Source: Coniocarpon cinnabarinum (taxonomy: Eukaryota). Taken from it: a stretch of 59,962 nucleotides of DNA. The DNA lies in contig JAVECO010000148.1 of the NCBI GenBank assembly GCA_051942205.1, positions 1-59,962 on the forward strand. Reading direction: 5' to 3'. Within the stretch, counting starts at the first letter, position 1. Every line of letters starts with the position of its first letter. The notes under the pieces are model-generated. The model ran no database searches, was not told the DNA's origin, and worked only from the letters and a program-made list of their open reading frames with translations. Position numbers and translations under genes: made by a program. Of the stretch, positions 35,501-46,663 are shown piece by piece.

Positions 35501-37180
35501 CTCAACCGGCCGCGACCGCATCTATTACATGCTGGAGCTGACGATGGTGAAGAGAAAGTTCCGCATGCTTTCTCACAAGCTGCATCTGCCAAAAGCTCAA
35601 GCACGTGCAATTGAGTGTCAGTCTGAAGGTCCTCAAAGATTGAGACTGCATCACTTGTACTGCAGTCGGGCCAGCCTCGCAAAAATTGCGTAATTGTTAG
35701 CATAGCAGATGGCGCCGTTCGCTCAGGAATTCGAACCAGCCGAGGCTGCTGCTTGACACGCTTGGATGGCCGCCCTTGATCACCGTCTGTCGAGTCACGG
35801 GCAATGTCATTGAACTTTTCCAAGGCTTGAGTTACTGTATTCAGCGTGCATCCCCCTTGATTTGAGCTGGCTAAATGTAGGTGCTCGAGTGCATCAACAG
35901 CGACTTCCGTGGAAAACAATCTAAGCAAGCTGTTGCAGAGCTGGAGAGTATCTTCTGAACAGGTACCACAACAACGGAGTTTGGTCGACATGCGCTCAAA
36001 GGAGAACCTCAACCGTCTGATTTGTTTCAAGGACCAGTGTCCTCCATGTATTTCAAGAACAGTCATCACCGCATCTCTAAAACTACTCTGCAGGTCATCA
36101 TTAGCGGAGATTTGAAGCAGATTCGGGACATCTTCCAAGCAGCAAAGCAGAGTTGACGAGACTTCTGTCAGTAGCGGTGTATGCATGCCTGAATCAACCA
36201 GTCTGTGCCATGTCTTTCCTAGAACATTAAGCAGATAAGCAAAGACGCTAATAGAAAGGTGTTCGGCTCCATGCATGGCAGAGTACGCAGCGCTCCATAG
36301 CTGTGTATGCTGTTCGACAGCCCACAGCAAGCAATCTCTGACGTTTGAAGAGAGACTGCCGGGCATTGTATCGCAAAACGACACGGCTTCGATGAACGCG
36401 GAAGCGACAAATAATCCATGTTCAAAACCCTGCACCCTCACAACCTTTCCCTGAGGAACGGCAACGGTATGTGGACCGGTCGCAACGCTTGAGCAAAGCA
36501 ACGTTGTAGAAGGGACGCTCAATTCAGCGCCGTCGCGAAGTATGTTTGTCTTAGCACTAAATAGCAGTTTTTGCGCATCTTTTTAGTTAGGATCGAGCAC
36601 AGCGTGATAATTTTTACCTATATGTTGACGTACCTAGAGCCGCAGTCTTCAGTACCTGCCTCCACAAATTGTAGTGTGCCCAAGATGCTGGAGATTTCAA
36701 AAGGATACGTGATATAGTTCGGAGGAGACGCCGCAAGATACTGCGAAGTTCGAGAACAGATAACAATGACGCGACTTTGGATATCAAGTGCCAGCACGCT
36801 GAGTCTTCTCTCAACGCAGTATCAACATTTCGAAACAATGCTTGAGGAGTCCTTCTCAGAGCAATCTCTATGACTTCGAGACAAGCGATCACTTGTTCAT
36901 TCGAGTCATCTTTCCTAATGAACGGGTCTCGAAAGCTGAGACCTGCCTCGGCCACGACCGTAATGAGCTTCCCGTTACCATCCGCATCAGCTTCGACAGA
37001 CTCTGGAGATGCTCGGATTTCGTTCAAGAGTTGTCTGAAAGTAGAGTCATCGGAGCGAGTATCGTGGAAATTGTGGTTCTCCACGAGCTGGGCAGCTAGG
37101 GTGGACGGTGGTATGCCAGCGTCAGTATTTGACAGTACAGCCTGCGAGCCAGTAATGCCGTTCGTCCGCGTATGTCTCAT
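29566..37180 (-). CDS. MEC1: ATR/Mec1/Rad3 (UvsB) PI3K-like checkpoint kinase, 4 exons
   Basis: Kinase motifs KPNDDLRKDQRLME, GLGDRHGENVLL, HVDFNCLF, PELVPFRLT; FATC ARMYIGWCAFL; FAT/HEAT regions upstream; introns near 36631, 34511 and 34218. Start approximate. Confidence 0.95.
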
Positions 37181-37267
37181 CTTGGAACTGCCTGAGGCAT
37201 TGCTAGAAATACTTTTAGAATGAATCACTGATCAGGGTCACGTGTATGGCGGCGGGCGGTGTCCAAG

Positions 37268-37273
37268 ACGCGT
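37268..37273. promoter_or_regulatory. MCB box (ACGCGT) ~90 nt upstream of the ATR start
   Basis: gACGCGTcg; consistent with MBF control of DNA-replication/repair genes. Confidence 0.5.
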
Positions 37274-37567
37274 CGAGCGAGTCATGACATACGGACTTTA
37301 ACATCTTTCCTCCGCATGTTTCTCTCTGCTGCAGCTCTCGATGCGCAGCATATTGCATATCTGGTCAAATCAGTACCTTAGACAATGTAGGGTTCACGAT
37401 ACAGACATGGGCCAAGTTACACATCAAATATTGTATGAGGCTGGTCAAATTTGTGTATTCTGTCCAGTAGTGCCAGCCGGAAGCACGTGCGCCGGAGGCG
37501 TGTATAGATTATGTGACTTTGTTTCCCAGTTCTGGTTCCAGCACAGACGGATGGCATCAGCAGCATC

Positions 37568-40018
37568 TCATCCATCGTCTAAGCCATGCGCTACAATCCC
37601 GCGAGCGCGTCTCCTTTCCTTGTCACTCAACGCCCAGGTCATCTCAGGTGCTTCACCGTCTGGCCCCTCGTTGCGTAATAACTCCCATTCCTCGTCATCC
37701 ATATTCATTACGCTCACAATCTCCGCACACCGTGCGAAGCTCTGTCGTAGTCTTAAATCCTCCCCTGCGATCACCGCAGCGAGCTCGCCGACATCCCGTT
37801 CGAGGCGCATACCGCCGACCTCGCTTACGTGGCCGGTGTAGCTCCAGACGCGTTTTTCCACGAGATTGGAAACGTTCCCGATCACGACAGTCATGAGTCT
37901 GCCAGCATTCGCATTTGTCAGAAGACGTCTTAAAGGACGTATACGTGCCTCCCACCCACGCTGGGCCTGAACTTGAACAGAGCGATCGTCCGCGTCGTCA
38001 GTATCAGAGTCAGGCTCCGAAGAAGAGGACGACCCCACGTAACGAGACTGGTTCAATAATTCATTTAGCCATGGACGAAGGCGTGGGCCCATGACGTGTG
38101 TATAGAGGACCGCCATGCCATCTTCAATCAGATCTGTCGCTTTAGCCACGAACCCAGATTCGAGGGCAGTCAGACTGCTGTGAACTTTGCTAGCTTCGTG
38201 ATCAAGCGGGAAAAGATCAGAGAGGTGGCGCTGACGTGGGTTGGGAGCGCCATTCGTAGTTCCATTGGTGTCTTCTGGTTCGTGAGGCACATGCTCACGA
38301 ACAATCTGGCGAATATAGTTCGTTGCCACGTCCAAATTGTTCATGAGGACAAGAAACGTGAGTATCTTCTCCTCGGGCGGCATAGTACCTTGAATAGCAG
38401 CTTTAGGGTAAGACTCATCCCTCATCTTGCGCTGAATCATGCCGATGAAGTCTGAGCCCAGCACACGACCTATGCTGGAGCCCACCGCTGCAACAAGGGA
38501 GGCTTGTGAAGTTGCAAGGGCACGCGAAAGTACCTGCCGGACCATGTACATAACGTCATCCACAGATGTGGTGATGTAAGGAGTGTTAGCTGGAAGCGGC
38601 TTGGAGAGATTCAGGGAGAGGCCAGTGGGTTTGTCCTCGACTTGGAACGCGCGCTCCACGGACCGACGCAGAATGAAGGTTGCGAAATTTTTAAAAGGGT
38701 CGAGCAGTATACGATCAATCTTTGCGGGAAGATTGGAGTTGGCAATGAAAGAGGGAATGCTCAGAGGAGGTAGTGTCATCTCGTCTGCCGTGTCGTCTAG
38801 GGACGTCTCCAGAGCGCGAGAGGCGCAGAAGCGGAGATATAGCGACCAGGGTGAAAGCATAGACGTTATTTCGCTCAATACTTGATCTATCTCGCGGACG
38901 TCAATGGTATCGTCAGATGTTGGCTCGGGAGCATCTGCGTGTTTGCGGCCAGGCGCAGGAGATGGAGAACGGCGAGGAGTGCCGGTCCCGCCTTTTGGGG
39001 CGTGAAGAAACGATTGAACTAAAAAGTTGTACGCGTAAGATTTGACGTCTGTGAGTTTCCGATGAATGGATCGTTCATCATGCCATGTGTCCAGAACAAT
39101 GCCACCTTGAATGTCCGCTTCCAGATGCAAACGCTCCATGACTTTGACCATGGTGCCAGGACCATAGTGGCGTTGAACGAGGTTACTGTGCCCATCAACT
39201 ACTTGAGCGATGTGCTCGAAAAGCTTTGTGAAAGCGTTGACACACGCTGTTCCATTTGCAGAGGACGAGACACCCTGCAACCGGTCTCTCGCTCGAACTG
39301 CGACGCCTTGACAAACATAGCGACCATATGCCTCCAATCCCTCTTGTGTGCGATCGATCAGAGGAAACACTTTGAAGAATCGAGTAATGTTGGCGCCATT
39401 GTTCTCTTCCACGGCTTTCTCAAACTCCCTCTGAAAGAGTCTGCACAAGCTTTCGCCAGCCTCGTCAAGAGTTTGCGCTGGTGGCTCTGGCACTTCTGCA
39501 GTGGGAACGTTCATCTGTGCAAATTCGCTCTCGATGACATCCCGAGGTATTCTTGAGGCACGATTCATATATTCCGCAGCCGTTTCCCAATCTTGCGGTG
39601 CACCCATTGACCCCACAACCCCAAGCACACATGACTTAAGTTCTGCAACTTGCTCGACGACTGCTAGGGTGCCCTTCACACGCTCTTGCTCAAGGTCCAA
39701 TCTGGAAACTGCTTCCGAAAGTCGCTTCGCCGTAGCAGCAGCCCCGCTGAGTTGGCCATGGCTGAGCGCTCTGGTAGAGTTCGAAAGGGTGCCCAAGCGA
39801 GCTCGAGTGAGATCGAGTTTTGAAAGTTGCCTCGTCACTTCTCCGTGCGATTGGATAGCGCCATCTAATTCATGACTTACAGCGACATGACGCGCATTGA
39901 GGCTCGCGAGGGAGGCCTTTAGCTCACTGACGGTAGTAGCTTGGGATATGGATGGGATGGGTTCACTGCGCTTGTCGGCTGCTGGAGTCGTTGTCGCAGC
40001 GGCCTGCCCCCCCGACAT
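37568..40018 (-). CDS. COG4: Conserved oligomeric Golgi complex subunit 4
   Basis: ELKSCVLGVVGSMGAPQDWETAA, VPTAEVPEPP, ITRFFKVFPLI, PYITTSVDDVMY, LGSDFIGMIQRKMRDESYPK. Confidence 0.92.
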   Translation of the reverse strand: MSGGQAAATTTPAADKRSEPIPSISQATTVSELKASLASLNARHVAVSHELDGAIQSHGEVTRQLSKLDLTRARLGTLSNSTRALSHGQLSGAAATAKRLSEAVSRLDLEQERVKGTLAVVEQVAELKSCVLGVVGSMGAPQDWETAAEYMNRASRIPRDVIESEFAQMNVPTAEVPEPPAQTLDEAGESLCRLFQREFEKAVEENNGANITRFFKVFPLIDRTQEGLEAYGRYVCQGVAVRARDRLQGVSSSANGTACVNAFTKLFEHIAQVVDGHSNLVQRHYGPGTMVKVMERLHLEADIQGGIVLDTWHDERSIHRKLTDVKSYAYNFLVQSFLHAPKGGTGTPRRSPSPAPGRKHADAPEPTSDDTIDVREIDQVLSEITSMLSPWSLYLRFCASRALETSLDDTADEMTLPPLSIPSFIANSNLPAKIDRILLDPFKNFATFILRRSVERAFQVEDKPTGLSLNLSKPLPANTPYITTSVDDVMYMVRQVLSRALATSQASLVAAVGSSIGRVLGSDFIGMIQRKMRDESYPKAAIQGTMPPEEKILTFLVLMNNLDVATNYIRQIVREHVPHEPEDTNGTTNGAPNPRQRHLSDLFPLDHEASKVHSSLTALESGFVAKATDLIEDGMAVLYTHVMGPRLRPWLNELLNQSRYVGSSSSSEPDSDTDDADDRSVQVQAQRGWEARIRPLRRLLTNANAGRLMTVVIGNVSNLVEKRVWSYTGHVSEVGGMRLERDVGELAAVIAGEDLRLRQSFARCAEIVSVMNMDDEEWELLRNEGPDGEAPEMTWALSDKERRRARGIVAHGLDDG

Positions 40019-40388
40019 TGCAGACCTACGTATCCAAATGGCGAGTCAACCATGATCATGGCTCACGTCGCTGCATTCTACTGCTGATTGACAGGTGCAA
40101 GTCGCGTATGCGCACGAACGTGGGAATTGAAATTGCCCGGGTGCGTTGGGCGATAGTGTGGCACCCTGCCCAGATTTGCAGCAGATCAAAACTGTGGTGT
40201 AGCATCCTCCTATAATCGGCAGCTTGTGAGCACTTCATTGCTGCCACGTACGCGGGACACCAGAGTCGTCTTTTACAGGCCTTGCGTAAAATGAGTATAC
40301 GGGAAGCAAAGTGTATGGCCAGGTGAACCAGACCACAAGCGCACGAACCATGTCACAAAGTGTTTCAAATAGTAGGCTCTCTTCCTAT

Positions 40389-40774
40389 TATTGCTAGATA
40401 ACTATCATCAGCAACTCCTTGGCACTCTGTCGCATACTTGATTTGAAGCATTTTTGACTCAACTTTTATACATTAACGTTTTTCGTTAAAGTCTTAATAA
40501 AGCATTATAGTCTTTTGTCTTCTCTATATAGTAAATATAATTTTTTTTTAAAAATACTCTACATAGCTATCTGTGCACTCTTTTTAAATTTAAGACTTAA
40601 AGTTATCGCATAAAAATTTTAGATATACTACATAAGATAGAAGCCTCTAAACAACTAAACTATAACTATTATATTTTAACTTGAGTTAATTAGAAAGCAT
40701 GGAGTAGAAAAGACGCTAAAAGATGCTCTGCGCATAACGCGAAAGGAGTTGCTGATGATAGTTATCTAGCAATA
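40389..40774. mobile_element. Non-autonomous TIR DNA transposon (MITE), TA-flanked, AT-rich RIP-like interior
   Basis: TA-TTGCTAGATAACTATCATCAGCAACTCCTT (40389-40420) is the exact reverse complement of AAGGAGTTGCTGATGATAGTTATCTAGCAA-TA (40743-40774); no ORF inside. Confidence 0.85.
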
Positions 40775-41790
40775 GGATTTTTGGATATGACTAGTTCCAC
40801 TCGAGATCCAAAAAGAGCGCAATAGAGGATATGGCGACACCCACCGTCACGACGAGGGGATGTTATGGTTCAGTGACGAAACTAGCATCGCTGGCTAGAC
40901 ATCGCTGTTTCCGCTGCTCATGCTTTGTACCATGCGTACATACTGACTTATGTCTTCTAGAAGCAAGGTCTACGAGGCCGCAAAGGGATGGTCTGTCATC
41001 CACTGGCAGCACGAAGAGCCAATCTACACAGAACACACCGAGGCTTATGAGGTACGAGGTTAGCCTTTGTAAATTGGTTCGATAAGCTGCTTCCGCTTTC
41101 AAATACAATCTGTTCTTGAAGGCCTAATGACCTCTGTAAACAACCCCTTCGGCGAGTCCATCTGTGCGCGCAGAAACCATGACGAAGTGCGGCTCGGCCA
41201 TCAAAGTTCTGGAGGCACTCGGCTCGGAAAAGTGCACACCTCATCGTCGTTCATCTCTCTTAGGCTCTCTTGCTCCGACTCGGGCGCTACTGCTTGGCTC
41301 AGAATCCTCTTGCCGTTTTGAATTGTCCTATACGAATCGTGCAATGCGTCAAAAGAGCTTATGCGCCTGCAAGTGGCTTGGTTTAGTGGTTTCGAGGGGA
41401 AAAGGAATGCTCAGGCTACCGCGCGTGCCCTGCTGTGAATACACCCACCATATTTGCAAGTGTGAGATGATCAATTCGACAAGCGCATGTCATACATGCA
41501 CAGTGACGACAATTGCTCAGTGACTGTGATGTAGTCGGAGTTAAACATCTGGTATCAGGGTCGAGGCGCGCAGGAGACCTTTTGATTAGTGTCTATTGGG
41601 GGTTTCAGCCCCTTGCGTTAGGGGCTGCTAAGCCCTGTGCCCGGGGTAGCTAGCGTCCAACGTCCCTGAGCCGCATTGGGTCCCAAGGTACGGGAGGATT
41701 CCTGCTCGGCAAGTAAAATCTCAACACTACTGACCACCTGCCTACTACTGGTGTCGACCTGATCTGTGACTCTAGCTGCAGTCAAACGAG

Positions 41791-43491
41791 ATGGCGCACA
41801 AAGAGGTTATAGGTTTGCTAGGAGGCGGCCAGCTCGGTCGAATGTTCGTGGAGTCAGCCAACCGTCTCAACGTCAAAGTCGAGGTGCTCGACCAAGATCA
41901 AGCACCCGCAAAACAGATCAGCAACCGCGAGCATATCGCCGGCTCATTTCAGAATCCTGAAAAGATCCAAGACCTCGCCAATCGTTGCGACAACCTCACC
42001 GTCGAGATTGAGCATGTGGATACAGTAGCACTTCAGCATGCCGAAGCAAAGGCTCAAGTCCATCCTAGCTGGCGGACCCTTCGAACGATCCAAGACAAAT
42101 TCGCCCAGAAAGTGTACCTTTCAGAAGCTCGCGTCCGTGTAGCGAAGTTTACTGATGTGGAAACTGCTTCCACCAGTGACCTCGAAGCCGCTGGACACCG
42201 GTTTGGATTTCCGTTCATGTTGAAAGCCAAGACGCAGGCGTACGATGGCCGTGGCAATTTTTTGGTGAGGAATAGCGAATCCTTTGATGATGCGTTGAAG
42301 TGTTTGGATGGGAGACCGCTATATGCTGAAAAGTGGGTGCCGTTTGTTCAGGAGCTTGCGGTCATGGTGGTCAAGACCAAAGACGGCGTACTGTCATTCC
42401 CAACTGTGGAGACCATTCATGAAGACAGCATCTGCAAGCTTTGCTATGCTCCAGCTCGTCACGTCAGCCCGGAAGTCAATCAAAAAGCCCAGGACCTTGC
42501 AAGGGCTGCTGTTGCCGCATTCAGTGGCAAAGGCGTCTTTGGCGTCGAGATGTTTTTACTTGAGGACAACACTGTGCTGGTCAACGAAATTGCACCCCGT
42601 CCCCATAACTCAGGTCACTACACTATCGAAGCATGTCCGCTGTCCCAATACGATGCGCATTTGAGAGCGTTGCTTGATATACCAATACACGCCAGAGACT
42701 TGCGAATACGCGAGCCAGCTATCATGCTCAACATCTTGGGCGGTGCAGATCCCACAGCACATTTGGAGCTAGTCAGAGCAGCGGAAAATATTGGAGGTTC
42801 AATTCACCTGTATGGAAAAGGAGACGCCCGTCCTGGCCGCAAAATGGGTCACATCACGCTCACAGCACCTACAATGTACGAAGCCGAACACCGAATCCAA
42901 CCATTAATTGAATTATCGACCAAGCTCCGAGCCGCTCGTTCAGATTTATCAAAGACGTCCCTGTATCACATCAATAGCCCACCTCCAGCCATGAAGCCGC
43001 CAGTGGCGATTACAACAGGCTCTCAGTCTGATCAACCCAAGCTCCAGCCCTGCTATGATCTCCTCAAAGAACTCGGTATCCCGTGTTGGAGACGCATAAC
43101 GTCAGCTCATCGTACTCCCGACCACATGGCGAAGTTCGCGCGAGAAGCGGAATCAAATGGAGTGAGGGTGATTATTGCGGCGGCCGGTGGCGCTGCTCAT
43201 CTCCCGGGTATGGTGGCGGCGCACACAACTCTGCCAGTCATCGGTGTGCCCATTATTCTGCGTGGCGATGGCATGGACTCGGTGCTTAGCATATTGAACA
43301 TGCCAAGTGGTGTGCCGGTCGCCACAGTCGCTGCGGATAAAGCCGCCAATGCCGCGTTGCTAGCTGCTAGGATACTCGCCTCCACAGATCCTGCTATTGA
43401 CGCCTCCCTAAAGGCTTGGATTGCCAAAGCTCGTCAAACCTCGCTGGAGACAGATACGAAGCTGCAAGAGGAAGATGGCTATGAGGATTAG
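41791..43491 (+). CDS. ADE2: Phosphoribosylaminoimidazole carboxylase (PurK-PurE fusion)
   Basis: LLGGGQLGRM, AYDGRGN, NEIAPRPHNSGHYT, GRKMGH, SAHRTP, AGGAAHLPGMVAA, PVATV. Confidence 0.97.
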   Translation: MAHKEVIGLLGGGQLGRMFVESANRLNVKVEVLDQDQAPAKQISNREHIAGSFQNPEKIQDLANRCDNLTVEIEHVDTVALQHAEAKAQVHPSWRTLRTIQDKFAQKVYLSEARVRVAKFTDVETASTSDLEAAGHRFGFPFMLKAKTQAYDGRGNFLVRNSESFDDALKCLDGRPLYAEKWVPFVQELAVMVVKTKDGVLSFPTVETIHEDSICKLCYAPARHVSPEVNQKAQDLARAAVAAFSGKGVFGVEMFLLEDNTVLVNEIAPRPHNSGHYTIEACPLSQYDAHLRALLDIPIHARDLRIREPAIMLNILGGADPTAHLELVRAAENIGGSIHLYGKGDARPGRKMGHITLTAPTMYEAEHRIQPLIELSTKLRAARSDLSKTSLYHINSPPPAMKPPVAITTGSQSDQPKLQPCYDLLKELGIPCWRRITSAHRTPDHMAKFAREAESNGVRVIIAAAGGAAHLPGMVAAHTTLPVIGVPIILRGDGMDSVLSILNMPSGVPVATVAADKAANAALLAARILASTDPAIDASLKAWIAKARQTSLETDTKLQEEDGYED

Positions 43492-43556
43492 ACTTTGTGA
43501 CCTTTGCTAGACGATATCGGAACCACGAGATTTCTGCTTTGCTAGATAGCATCTTG

Positions 43557-46146
43557 TCATCGGAGTGAGCGTATATTAGGGCTGACGCTCTCTGCACTTG
43601 TTAGCGTCATCTTACTGGCCGTTTGCGCGAAAGACACAGCGGCATCCATGTCAGGGTTCTGCTTCTCAGTTAGGCGGCCGATCAATGCACCTAGGAAAGT
43701 GTCACCCGCCCCATTGACGCTGACAATTTCGCTGCCGGTCAACACGTCTTCAGGAGGAATCAGTCGCATGTACAGACCACCGACACCACCAGCACTGCTT
43801 TTGCTTCGCGCTACGACGTGTGGTGACCTCTTCTGTAAGATATCATCATCCTGAGGAAGAATACGAGCCACTAATACGCCGGCAGGTCCTAGCTTGACCA
43901 TGAGGTTGGGGACAAAGGGCAGTAGCTGAATGGCGCGTTGTGGTACGCCCTGATTAACGAGCTCGACATTGGTCACAGCTTGAAGTTCAGATTTGGCACC
44001 AGACGCAGGAATACCCAAGGCGTCAATTGTTTCCCACCAGCCTTGACCCTGCATCAAGCCTGCAGATTGTGCTGCCTCATGCATCGATTCCAGCTCGAGA
44101 AGATTGGGAGCCGCAAGGTCCGCCAAACGCGGCATGTCGTTGGTATCGTCTAGGTTGACGGCGAAGAAGCGCCTAGACTTTTCATACGAGACCGGTTCAA
44201 AAGCAGTTGCGATGCCCAGCTTTCGTGCAGCGGCTAGCCACTTATGCAGTGCTCCGGGCAACCAATTTCCGTCAACAATGAGCCATTTTGGTGCAGCTCC
44301 ACTCGCTTTCGATCGGCCGAGTGGTGCCAGGTGCGGCTCCCAAAGGTTCTGGAAGGTCTCGACATTTCGCTCAATGATGCGCATGTCTGCCATTGCTACC
44401 TTGAGATTGCGGTCGGCGTCATTGAAAGCCACGTACTGGGCTGTCTTGAAATTAGGCTCCTGACGAACGCTTACTCCTTCTCGGGTCATGTCGCAAGCTG
44501 CAAGTGAGTCCAATGCAAAGCGACCAGCAGCGTCGTTTGCCACCATTGTACACAATTTGGCTTTGGCGCCGATTAAGCTAGCTGCTCGTGCGATGTTGAA
44601 TGCAGTGCCGCCCACAGTTTGACTGATGTCCGCCGGGTTTGACGTATGGTTTTGAGGCGATCGCCGATCTTGAGCGTTTGAAAGAGGCTGGTAATCACAA
44701 GCTGTATCGACTGCAATGGAGCCGGCTACAAGCACATTGAAATCACTTGAAATGTTGCGACCCGAAGTGATGCTATCGTCCGTGATCCTGGGCTGTGTTG
44801 ACAAGGCAGGCTTGGAGCTGGTTGCGTATTTCACTGGGCCTGGCTGACTTGAACACCCACCAGCATCAGCATTGTACGCGACTGGTCAGAAGGTGAGGAC
44901 TTACAAAGTTGGTGTCGTAGACTCATTGCGCTCCATTTTGCTGAGCTCTACCGCAACTCTTGTTCCTCGCTGCACGTTGGCCTCTATCAGTGCGTTATTC
45001 GCGGCCATGCTCCTCCCATGAGAAAGCTTGTGGATTGCGTTGAGGATGAATGGAGTATTTGCACTGCCATGTGCACCAGCGTCATTAGCCATTGTGATGG
45101 CCTGATGGATCATGTCTTGAAGTTCAGCACGTGGTATCGATTTTTCAGAAGGGACTGGATTGGCAAATAGAAGACCCGACGTGACGCCAAGGGACGCCTG
45201 CGCATCTGGAAGTGTTACCGAATATCCTTAAAGACGAAGCTTGCGAACTCACGAATGATACTAGCTGCGTGAAGCTCGTCCTCGATGATTGCAGGACTAC
45301 GACTCCCACTTTCGCGCGACCAAAAAGCAGGGAAATCAACGTCACCGTCTCTCCCGTCTGCGAACGTCGCAACTCCCGCGCCTTGCGTCTCAAGATATTC
45401 AAGTGTCCTGGGAATGTCCAGGAAGCCTTTGCAACCGCTGCTAATCACAGTTACAGGAGTTCTGCCGAGCTCTGTCAGGTCTGCGGAGATGTCCATGGTA
45501 TCTTGGCCATCTCGGTGGACGCCGCCCAGACCACCAGTCGCAAAGACTTTGATGCCTGCGAGGTGCGAGAGCACCATTGTACCAGAGATGGTGGTGCCAC
45601 CACTGATTCTTGAGCCTGAGCTGTGTTGCAATTGATTAGTTAGCCCATACTTGCACATGTCAATGTCGTCTGTTATGGCTGGGACTTACACAGTCGCAAG
45701 TGCTAGATCTCTTCGAGAAATCTTGCGGAGGTTGGAGGCATCTAGCAGCTCAGCCATCCGGCTCTCGCTCATACCAACATGGGCAACGCCATTGAGCACG
45801 CCAACAGTTGCTGGTACTGCACCGCCCTGACGGACGAGATTTTCTAGGCGGGACGCAAGCTTCTTGTTCTCAGGACGGGGATATCCTGTAGAGGACGTTA
45901 GCTGTTATAAAATACGTAGAGACCTCTGTAGCACAAGGCCGTTGACAGACCATGCGTGTATATCGTGGATTCAAGCGACACGACGGGTGCCTTGCTATGT
46001 ACTGCATGTTGCACCTCCTCTGACACTTCATAATATTTACTATTTGAATGATAGCTACTAAATCTCTTCGATATTCCACCCGCATGAGTGCAGCTATGAA
46101 ACCCGCACCGCGACCACGAGCCACGCAGAGGTAGGGAACGTGTCAT
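43557..46146 (-). CDS. Bifunctional pseudouridine-5'-phosphate glycosidase (PsuG/IndA) + PfkB pseudouridine kinase, multi-exon, with possible mitochondrial presequence
   Basis: PVVSLESTIYTHG, GGTTISGTM, FATGGLGGVHR, DISADLTELGRTP, NTPFIL; C-terminal PfkB signature SVNGAGDTFLG. Confidence 0.92.
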
Positions 46147-46663
46147 TCTAAATATTATACGTTGCACATGAGACCTGTACCGAGCGCAAAGACTACCAGC
46201 TTATCCTGAGCCACCATTCTTTGCAGGCACCGCGGGCGAATTGGCTTGTAATACAATAGTTCGACCTCCTCGAGGACAGAAAATTAGGAGTGCATTCGGT
46301 GCTCTCATCACATACCATTTTAGGTAAACATCTCACCGCGATAATTTTGTATTCATCACGCAAGGACGCGTTTCAAAACCCACCACGTTTTTTCGTCTTC
46401 TTTCTTCTCTGACTAACGTCATTGTCTGTCTGCTTTGTGGCTGTCGCTCAGTCAATTCTCTAGCATTGCGCACCAACGCAACCATGAGCAACGCATCACT
46501 AGCTTTACAACCATTATCGGGTCCATTGCCATGCTATTTACTCTGTCTCGCATAAGTTATGTCCGGAAGGCTCGGCGATTTGCTATGGAACGAGAGAAAC
46601 GATCTGACAGCTTCTACATGCTTTATCGTGGATCGTCGTAGACACACTAGCTGCATTTTCAGT

